Below, piece after piece: positions 17,186 to 24,263 of a DNA stretch of 32,057 nt. The position numbers and the translations under genes are program-made. How positions within the stretch are numbered: position 1 is the first letter of the stretch; every line of letters starts with the position of its first letter. The notes under the pieces were generated by a model. It did not search any database, was not told where the DNA came from, and worked only from the letters and a program-made list of their open reading frames with translations. Source of the DNA: Halobacteriaceae archaeon (GTDB taxonomy: Archaea > Halobacteriota > Halobacteria > Halobacteriales > Halobacteriaceae); assembly GCA_042216675.1 (NCBI GenBank), contig JBDGTS010000054.1, positions 1 to 32,057 of the forward strand, in the 5' to 3' direction.

Positions 17186-17638
17186 ATGTCCATGCGAGAA
17201 CTCCTCGCCGACGACCGCGCCATCGAGGGCCTCCCGGTCCGCCTCGTCATCGCGTTCATCGTCGGCGTCACGACGCTGTCGCTGATGTTGAACATGGTCT
17301 CCGGACTCGGTGGCTTCGCCGTCAGTGAACTCGACGCTCAACCCGACCCTGAAGTCATAAACACCGTCGAGGGGGACGTGAACATCACCGTCGTTGACGC
17401 GAACGGCGACCCCGTGGCGGGCGCGACGGTCATCGTCCGGAGCGACACTGCGACCATCAGCGGCATCGAGACGGCGACGTCGGGCGACGATGGGGTGGCC
17501 ACAGTCCGTCTCGACCCGAAACTCGGCCCGAACCAACAGGACGGGACACTCGAAGTCGACATCAAACCGCCCGCCGAGGGGCAGTTCTCAGACAAGCGCG
17601 AGAACGCGAAGATCCTCGTCCTCGAGGAGACGAACTAG
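17186..17638 (+). CDS. Pilin-like secreted protein with class III signal-like N-terminus and Ig/carboxypeptidase-regulatory-like domain
   Basis: DDRA followed by hydrophobic IEGLPVRLVIAFIVGVTTLSLML; VVDANGDPVAGATV and TSGDDGVATV beta-sandwich motifs. Alternative ATG at 17192. Confidence 0.72.
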   Translation: MSMRELLADDRAIEGLPVRLVIAFIVGVTTLSLMLNMVSGLGGFAVSELDAQPDPEVINTVEGDVNITVVDANGDPVAGATVIVRSDTATISGIETATSGDDGVATVRLDPKLGPNQQDGTLEVDIKPPAEGQFSDKRENAKILVLEETN

Positions 17639-18366
17639 TCCCAGTCGATCCAGTCTTGCTCCCACCCGGTGCGGGACTGTGCCTCCCGGGCCGCCCGCTC
17701 TCGCTCCTCGCGCGCGGTGCGGTTGCGCTCGACGCCGGAGTGCTGTTCGCCCTCCACCAACAGCGGGTCGAACTCGGTGGGGCCGAACTCCCCGACGGCG
17801 CCGCCACCCTCGACGGCGGTGAGCGTCTGCTCGGGCAGTCCGAGCGGCATCACCAGTCGGCCGCCGGGCGCCAACTGCTCGACGAGTGCAGCCGGCGGTT
17901 CCGCACCCGCGGCCTCCACGAGAATCCGGTCGAACGGCGCGTACTCGGGCAGGCCGTTGGCGCCGTCGCGACAGTCCACGAGGGCCGCCTCGTAGCCCGC
18001 CTCGGCGAGGTTGCGCCGCGCGTCAAGCACCGTCTTCCGGTCGATGTCGACGGCGTGGACGCGGCGTGCGCCCGCGATTTCGGCGAGGACGGCGACGGTG
18101 TAGCCGACGCCCGCGCCGACGACGAGCACTTCGTCGCCCGGTTCAGCTCGGAGCGCGCTCAGCAGTCGCGCGGCGGTGCTCGGCGAGAGGACCCGCGCTC
18201 CGCGATGGCGCGTCGCTTGGTCGACGTAGGCGCGGTCCCCGTCCCCGACGAACGGCTTCCGAGGCACCTCGCGCATCGCCAGCGCCACCTGCTCGGAGCG
18301 CAGGACGCCCTTCGACTCGTGGGCGAGGCTGTCGACCATGTCCTCCCGGAGCACCGCATCGTCCAT
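17635..18366 (-). CDS. pcm: Protein-L-isoaspartate O-methyltransferase family
   Basis: AMREVPR..FV, VLVVGAGVGYT SAM-binding motif, DGANGLPEYAPFDRI, EQLAPGGRLVMPLG. Confidence 0.9.
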   Translation of the reverse strand: MDDAVLREDMVDSLAHESKGVLRSEQVALAMREVPRKPFVGDGDRAYVDQATRHRGARVLSPSTAARLLSALRAEPGDEVLVVGAGVGYTVAVLAEIAGARRVHAVDIDRKTVLDARRNLAEAGYEAALVDCRDGANGLPEYAPFDRILVEAAGAEPPAALVEQLAPGGRLVMPLGLPEQTLTAVEGGGAVGEFGPTEFDPLLVEGEQHSGVERNRTAREERERAAREAQSRTGWEQDWIDWD

Positions 18367-18402
18367 ACCGGCCCTTGGCGGCCGGCCGTAATCAAACGTA
18401 CG

Positions 18403-19053
18403 TTACCACGCGGACCACGCCTGACTGCTCTCGTCGACGGCGTAGACGCGCTTGACGTCCTTCGCGAACGCCGCGTCGCCGTCGTGGTCGAGTTTGTCGA
18501 AGCCGTAGCCGCGGGCGTCCTCGCGCACGAAGATGTTCTTGACCTCGAACTCCTCGTCCTCGATCTCCTCCACTTCGCCGACGGTGAACTCGTAGTCGCC
18601 GGGCACCTGCACGGTGATGCCCCTAGAGTCCGCGCCGCCCTCGCCGGGGTTGACGGTGACGTTCACGCTGACGTTGCCCACCGCACGGGTCCAGATCGTC
18701 TCGACGTCCTCGACGGGCGCCTCCTCGGTGCGCTCTTCGGCGCCCAACTGGAGGTCCGTGATGCGCACTTCGAGGATGGCCTCCTCGGTTTCGAGGACGA
18801 ACTCCTCGCCGCGGGCGATGGTCTCGCCGCGGGGCGCCTCGACGGTGGTAGCGATGGAGTCGCCGTCCTGCGAGACGATGACGTCGCGTTCGACTTCCTC
18901 GGCCTCCGGCAGTTGCTCCTTGTGGACGTGGTGGCACTGCGTGCAGCGAAGCGTCGCGTAGCCGCCCCCTTCCGTGAGCACCTCGTGGACCGTCTCCACC
19001 TCGGGCGCACACGACGGGCAGGGCACCGCGACCCGTTCCGTAGATTCGCTCAT
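18403..19053 (-). CDS. HVO_0476-family zinc-finger protein
   Basis: CPSC...HEVL...CTQCHHVH, IVSQDG, TIWTRAV and C-terminal AKDVKRVYA...WSAW. Start set at ATG 19053. Confidence 0.85.
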   Translation of the reverse strand: MSESTERVAVPCPSCAPEVETVHEVLTEGGGYATLRCTQCHHVHKEQLPEAEEVERDVIVSQDGDSIATTVEAPRGETIARGEEFVLETEEAILEVRITDLQLGAEERTEEAPVEDVETIWTRAVGNVSVNVTVNPGEGGADSRGITVQVPGDYEFTVGEVEEIEDEEFEVKNIFVREDARGYGFDKLDHDGDAAFAKDVKRVYAVDESSQAWSAW

Positions 19054-19207
19054 ACGCCTACGAGGGGCCGTGGCCGTAAAAACCCGCTGAGTCGCGCGGT
19101 GGGACGCGGTGCTGGTGGAGAGCAGGCACTCACGGCGCTCGAATGTAGCGGCGACAGCGCGAGGGGTCCCTCGTCGGGGATTCGACGACCGTCCCACGGC
19201 GGCAACT

Positions 19208-19366
19208 CACCAGATGCTTGATGCGCTCCAAGCGCACAACGTCATTCCCGCCCACCAGAACATGCAAGACTTCTCCGGCTACCTCGACCTCGCCAGCAGT
19301 CAGGGCTACGAGGTCGGCGAGGACCTCCACGTCATGCAGAACGTGAACACCGTCCAGCTCGTCTGA
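19208..19366 (+). pseudogene. C-terminal remnant of ribonuclease J
   Basis: HQMLDALQAHNVIPAHQNMQDFSGYLDLASSQGYEVGEDLHVMQNVNTVQLV resembles the haloarchaeal RNase J C-terminus (IIPAHQ...GY..G.DLHV..NG..IQL); the metallo-beta-lactamase core is absent. Confidence 0.7.
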
Positions 19367-19634
19367 CCGCTCGGCGAACCGAGTCAGAGATTCCCTGCCT
19401 GTCGGAGTCGTCCCCTCTGGGGGCTGTGAGGGCGATCTCCTCACAGCTCGGACACGTCACCGGGTCGGTACCGTGTGGGGACAGGTCGACGTTCTGGCTC
19501 ACGGATGGCTTCCTCCAGAGGCACGGCCGGCGCTATCAGTTCAGTGGGGGAAAGAACCGCGTCGAGCGAGCCCCACCGTCGCCAGTCCGAACTGCGGGGA
19601 TTTTTCTATCAGTCGACACACACGCCCACCGTCG

Positions 19635-19940
19635 ATGATCGTACTCCACGCCAGCTTTCCGATCGACCCGGAGCGACGCGACGAAGCGCTCGAACTGATC
19701 GACGACCTCGTCGAGCAGTCACAGGCCGAGGACGGGATGCTCGACTACCGGGCGACGACGGACGTACAAGACCAGAACGTCATCCGCTTCGTCGAGCGAT
19801 ACGAAGACGAAGCGGCGTTCGAGGCCCACACGGAGACCGACCACTTCCAGCGCTTCGAGGAGCGACTGCCCGCCCTTCTCGCTGGCGAGCCGGAAGTCCT
19901 CCGGTTCGACGTTGACTCGATGACGGAACTCGAACTGTAA
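19635..19940 (+). CDS. Antibiotic biosynthesis monooxygenase (putative quinol monooxygenase) family protein
   Basis: MIVLHASFPIDPERRDEA...SQAEDGMLDY...FVERYEDEAAFEAHTETDHFQ; 101 aa from ATG 19635. Confidence 0.87.
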   Translation: MIVLHASFPIDPERRDEALELIDDLVEQSQAEDGMLDYRATTDVQDQNVIRFVERYEDEAAFEAHTETDHFQRFEERLPALLAGEPEVLRFDVDSMTELEL

Positions 19941-19962
19941 GAGTGGAACCCGCGGCGGTCCG

Positions 19963-20145
19963 TTACTCGGTGGAGCCGTCTTTGATCTCTCCGAGGCGGT
20001 CGACGAGGTCGTCAGTCGACACGCCCGTCTCGAAGCTGCCCGCGCCGTCGTGTTCGTTCTCGTGGACAGAGACGCTCTCGCCCGCGTCCTCTTGCCTGTC
20101 GCTCGGTGTCTCCTGTTCGGACTCGTGGTAGCTCCCAAACCCCAT
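19963..20145 (-). CDS. Small acidic conserved haloarchaeal protein (DUF5786-like)
   Basis: MGFGSYHESEQ...VSVHENEHDG..SFETGVSTDDLVDRLGEIK; 60 aa from ATG 20145. Confidence 0.72.
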   Translation of the reverse strand: MGFGSYHESEQETPSDRQEDAGESVSVHENEHDGAGSFETGVSTDDLVDRLGEIKDGSTE

Positions 20146-20273
20146 GGATATTGTCACGGCCGCAACGGCCGAAAGCGGAGTGGTCCGGAGACGCTGCCCT
20201 CCCACTGGCACCCCCACTCCACGACCGGCCGGAAGTTAACACATATACCCGACAGCCGCGTACTCCCCTTTAG

Positions 20274-20591
20274 ATGCGATTCTGTGACGAGTGCGGGTCG
20301 ATGATGCACACGGAGGACGACGCGTGGGTGTGTCGCTCCTGTGAGAACGAGGCGCCGCGGGACGCGCAGGCGGAAGCGGCGATGGCGACCCAGGATGGAC
20401 AGCAGGACGACGGGACACCCGATGTAGCCGACGCGACACAGGAGGCTAGCGACACGAAGCAGGAGTCCTGCCCGGCCGAGGACTGCGACAGCAACCAGGC
20501 CTACTCCGAGATGTTGCCGAAGCCCGGGGGCTCCTACGAGGTTCGGCTGTTCACCTGCGTCGAGTGTGGCAACAAGTGGCGCGAGTCCTGA
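20274..20591 (+). CDS. TFS/RpoM-family two-zinc-ribbon protein lacking the catalytic acidic hairpin
   Basis: MRFCDECGSMM...CRSC N-terminal ribbon and CPAEDC...FTCVECGNKWRE C-terminal ribbon; LPKPGGSYE in place of Q.RSADE. Confidence 0.85.
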   Translation: MRFCDECGSMMHTEDDAWVCRSCENEAPRDAQAEAAMATQDGQQDDGTPDVADATQEASDTKQESCPAEDCDSNQAYSEMLPKPGGSYEVRLFTCVECGNKWRES

Positions 20592-20721
20592 CGGCGCATC
20601 TCGGGGCGGTGGACGGCAATCTGTGACTCTGACCGGTCTCTGCACGCACGATTCGACGAGTCTGCGCTGGCTCGACCGGCCCGGACGGAGATTTTACTGC
20701 GTGACGCCCGTAGAATTGCAC

Positions 20722-21267
20722 GTGAGATTCAGCATCGTCCACGGAGATATCGCGGCGCAGAGCGCCGATGCACTGGTGAACGCCGCCGGGACGAGCCTCC
20801 AGATGGGGAGCGGCGTCGCCGGCGCACTTCGGAGCGCGGCGAACGGCCCCATCAACGAGGAGGCCGTATCGAAGGGCCCGGTCGAACTCGGCGAGGTGGC
20901 GGTGACGGACGCGTACGACCTCGACGCCGAGTACGTCATCCACGCGGCGGCGATGCCCCACTACGGGAACGGCCGCGCGACCGCGACGAGCATCCGCGAG
21001 GCGACGCACAATACGCTGGCGAAAGCCGACGAACTCGACTGTGAGTCGCTCGTCCTCCCGGTGCTCGGAACCGGTGCGGCCGGTTTCGACTTCGAAACCG
21101 GCGCCAGAATCGTCTGTGAGGCCATCACCGACTACGACGCCGACACCCTCACAGAGGTCCGCGTCATTGCCTACTCGCAGGCCGAGTACGACACGCTCCT
21201 CGGCGTCGCCGACGACGTGCGGTCGGAACGCGCCTTCGACGGCGACGGGGCGGTCGGCCGTCGATGA
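20722..21267 (+). CDS. Macro domain (ADP-ribose binding/processing) protein
   Basis: VHGDI, DALVNAAGTSLQMGSGVAGAL, GEVAVT, YVIHAA, PVLGTGAAGF. GTG start at 20722. Confidence 0.9.
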   Translation: MRFSIVHGDIAAQSADALVNAAGTSLQMGSGVAGALRSAANGPINEEAVSKGPVELGEVAVTDAYDLDAEYVIHAAAMPHYGNGRATATSIREATHNTLAKADELDCESLVLPVLGTGAAGFDFETGARIVCEAITDYDADTLTEVRVIAYSQAEYDTLLGVADDVRSERAFDGDGAVGRR

Positions 21268-21421
21268 CGGCCGGCGGCCCGTTCGTGGGTCGACGGGGAG
21301 TGCTGACCGGCCTCACGTGTTTGCCCGCGGTGTGGCGAACGCTTCGCTCTGGAGTGGGCGCAGTACCGCGAACTAATCGAGAGGCCGGAGAAGGAGTACC
21401 GGACGAACGTTCCCGCCCTGT

Positions 21422-22363
21422 TCACGCAGTCGGCAACGACAGTTCCTCGCCGTCGACGTACACCGTCGGCTCACGGAGGATGCCGTCGAGGTGGAGCGGT
21501 GCGTTCGTGTCGCCGCCGATGCCGGCGTCGTCGCCGATGGCGATGTGGACGGTGCCCCCCGCCTTCTCGTCGAGGAGGACCGACCCGACCAGTTCCGTCA
21601 CCGCGACGTTCGTGCCGATGCCGAGTTCCGCGAGGTTGTAGGCGTCGCGGCCCACCTCCTCGGCGGCGGCCTCGACCTGTTCTCGCACCGCGTCGTCGGA
21701 GATGTGGGTGACGTAGCCGTCCTCCACCTCGAAGGTGAGTTCGCGGCCCGCCAGCAGGCCGTGGGGCCGCATCGTGCCGTCGACGACGTAGGTGCCGTCG
21801 GCCGTCTCGGGGCTGACGAACACCTCGCCGGCGGGCAGATTCGAGAAGTCGCCCGGTTCGTGGACGATGCCGGTGTCCTGTCGCCAGTCGCGGTCCCCCG
21901 GGCGCACCGTGAAGTCGGTGCCCTGCGGCGACGTGACGCGAATCTCGTCGGCGTCGGCCACCGCGGCGTACATCTCCCGACAGGCGTCCCGGATGGCCTC
22001 GTAGTCGGCGTCGAGGCCCGTCGTGAACACCTCCTCGGTGATGCCGGGGAGCGTCGCGCCGCGGGCGCCGGCGTCCGTCGCCCGTGACCGGGCGCGCGTG
22101 TGACTCAGGCTCTTCGTCGTCGGCGCGAGGAAGGTGTCGGCCTCGCGGAGAGCGCCCGCGACGGGGGCTGGCGGCTCGGCCCCGTGTTGCTCGCCCGGCG
22201 GGTAGCGCAGGATGGCGGCGTCCTCCGTCACCTCGCTCGCCACCTCGTAGAGGGCGTCGCCGATGGCGACTCGCTTCGCGTCGGTGACGACGACGCAGGA
22301 CTCGTCGGCGTCGAGGGCCAGACACTGCTCCACCGCCGTCTCGGCGGCGTCTCGCAGACTCAT
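21422..22363 (-). CDS. Aminopeptidase (leucyl aminopeptidase / M29-like)
   Basis: SLSHTRAR, NLPAGEVF, NLAELGIGTN, LLDEKAGGTVHIAIGD, HLDG metal-ligand motifs. Confidence 0.9.
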   Translation of the reverse strand: MSLRDAAETAVEQCLALDADESCVVVTDAKRVAIGDALYEVASEVTEDAAILRYPPGEQHGAEPPAPVAGALREADTFLAPTTKSLSHTRARSRATDAGARGATLPGITEEVFTTGLDADYEAIRDACREMYAAVADADEIRVTSPQGTDFTVRPGDRDWRQDTGIVHEPGDFSNLPAGEVFVSPETADGTYVVDGTMRPHGLLAGRELTFEVEDGYVTHISDDAVREQVEAAAEEVGRDAYNLAELGIGTNVAVTELVGSVLLDEKAGGTVHIAIGDDAGIGGDTNAPLHLDGILREPTVYVDGEELSLPTA

Positions 22364-22446
22364 GCCCACGGGTCGGGTCGGGGGCGACCTAACAGTTTTC
22401 CTCCCCAGAAGGCTTTTGCCCGGTAGTTCCCTAGGGGCAGGTAGCG

Positions 22447-22821
22447 ATGCGCGATGACGACGGCGAGGACCCCTTCGACGACTTCTTCCGGGAAGTAGAG
22501 CGGATGATGAACGATATGATGGGAGACGATGTCACCGACCCCTCCGGTTTCGGGTCGGACACGCACGTCGACGTACAGGAGTCCGAGGAGACGATCCGCG
22601 TCGTCGCGGACCTCCCGGGCGTGACCAAAGACGACCTCTCGCTGAAGTGCGACGGGGAGGTGCTGACCATCAGCGCCGCCACCGAGCGCCGCGAGTTCGA
22701 CGAGCGGGTCCGCCTGCCCGCCCGGGTGGACGAGCGGTCCGCCGAAGCCACGTTCAACAACGGCGTCCTCGACGTGACCCTGCAGAAGTCCGGGGACTCC
22801 GCGGACATCACCCTCGAGTAG
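22447..22821 (+). CDS. hsp20: Small heat shock protein (Hsp20/alpha-crystallin)
   Basis: DPFDDFFREVERMM, VVADLPGV.K, ATFNNGVLDVTL. Confidence 0.93.
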   Translation: MRDDDGEDPFDDFFREVERMMNDMMGDDVTDPSGFGSDTHVDVQESEETIRVVADLPGVTKDDLSLKCDGEVLTISAATERREFDERVRLPARVDERSAEATFNNGVLDVTLQKSGDSADITLE

Positions 22822-23677
22822 CCACGTCCCGAACGGCCGCCGCGAGGCGGTCGTCGAAGCCCGGTTCGTACTTCGTCGCCGCGTCCACCGTCGGTCGCGC
22901 GTTCGTCTCGTTCACCACTGCCCTGTCCTCGGTGACGAGCAGGTCCACCCCGAGCAGTCGCACGTCCAGCACCTCGGCCGTGCGCTCCGCGAGGGCCCGG
23001 AGGTCCGGGTCGAGGTCCACGCCCACCGCCTCCGCGCCGCGGTGGACGTTGTGCTTCCAGCGACCCTCCGCCGTCGCGTCCTCGGGGAGGCGGCGCTCCA
23101 CCGCGCCGACGTACTCGCCGTCGAGGACCATCACCCGGTAGTCCCGCGCGTCGGGGAGATACTCCTGCACGAGATACGACTTGTCGCCGGTGGCCACGTA
23201 GTCGTGGACCAAGTCGAGGTAGTCGGTGACGCCCGAGAGCGAGTCGCGGTCGTGGACCTTCGTCACGCCGATGCCGCGCGTCGTCGAGTTCGGCTTGACG
23301 ACCACCGGCGCGTCGAGGTGCGCCACGGCCTCGGCCACGTCCGCGTCGTCGACGGGGTTCGAGACGAACACCGAGTCGGGGACGGGCACGCCCGCGCCCT
23401 CCAGTTCGGCGACGACGCCGGCCTTGTTCCGCGAGGTCAACACCGCGTCACGGCCGTTGAGCCACGGCAGGTCGGCGACGGCGTCGAACACGCCGCCCTC
23501 CATGACGCGGCCGGGAAACACGAAGCCTGCGTCGAGGTCTCCGGGCCACGGCGGGTCGGTGAGCGAGACGGTGCGCTCGCGGACCGGCGTGTGCACGAGT
23601 TCGACGCCGCGCTCGGCGAGTGGGTCCTGCAGTCGCTCGAAGGTCTCCTTTCGGTTCGCGACCGCGAGGCGAAGCAT
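22808..23677 (-). CDS. RimK-family ATP-grasp ligase
   Basis: SRNKA, VVVKPNS...G.GV, LVQEYL, DYRVMV, WKHNVHRGA, GVDLL, VNETNARP. Start set at ATG 23677. Confidence 0.9.
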   Translation of the reverse strand: MLRLAVANRKETFERLQDPLAERGVELVHTPVRERTVSLTDPPWPGDLDAGFVFPGRVMEGGVFDAVADLPWLNGRDAVLTSRNKAGVVAELEGAGVPVPDSVFVSNPVDDADVAEAVAHLDAPVVVKPNSTTRGIGVTKVHDRDSLSGVTDYLDLVHDYVATGDKSYLVQEYLPDARDYRVMVLDGEYVGAVERRLPEDATAEGRWKHNVHRGAEAVGVDLDPDLRALAERTAEVLDVRLLGVDLLVTEDRAVVNETNARPTVDAATKYEPGFDDRLAAAVRDVATRG

Positions 23678-23711
23678 ACCGCCCGGTCCGGGACCGGGCA
23701 CCAAAAATTAT

Positions 23712-24232
23712 GGCTCTTCTGAACTCCTTTCTGACAAACATGACGGGCGAGTAGTTGGAGGCAGATGGATGCTCCCCCGAAGTCACGACTCCTCCGATTC
23801 GTTGAACGGGGGATGGTGCTGCCTCACCGTAGTGGCCCGGTTCTCGACACTCTGCAAGACGTTCGACCGCTTGGAGATGGCCGTCTGGCGAATAGTACTG
23901 AGCGTCTCGCTCGCGGATTTGCCACTGAACGGTGTTACCGGTATCGATGCGTCCGGGTTTGAGCGGGCGCATGCTTCAACTCACTACACGAAGCGAACGG
24001 CCCTCACCATCCAGCAGTTCAAGACAACACTGTTGGCCGATACAGCGACCAACGCCATTCTCGATGTTCACGTGACGACGACACGAAAACACGATACGAA
24101 AATTCACCACGAGTGGTGAAACAGAACGCACCGTCTATCGAGGTATTGACCGGCGACGAGGGATATGACGACCAGAAATTCCGGCGACTCGCCCGCGACC
24201 ACGATATTCCACCACTCATCAAGCATACGGAG
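23712..24232 (+). mobile_element. Decayed IS5-family insertion sequence (frameshifted, internally deleted, 3'-truncated transposase)
   Basis: Three frames give MDAPPKSRLLRFVE, then STLCKTFDRLEMAVWR...GIDASGFER.HAS.HYTKR...HVTTTRKHD, then LTGDEGYDDQKFR.LARDHDI.PLIKH. These carry the first two DDE aspartate motifs of haloarchaeal IS5-type transposases. Confidence 0.85.
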
Positions 24233-24263
24233 ATACGGTGTCGCCTGCTTCGACTCGCTACTT

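Noticed and set aside
13226-17536. ORF-track N-terminal extensions of the SDR (to 13921), 54-aa protein (to 16592) and ATPase (to 17536)
   Set aside because: They overlap better-supported genes; downstream ATGs coincide with the start of recognisable domains.
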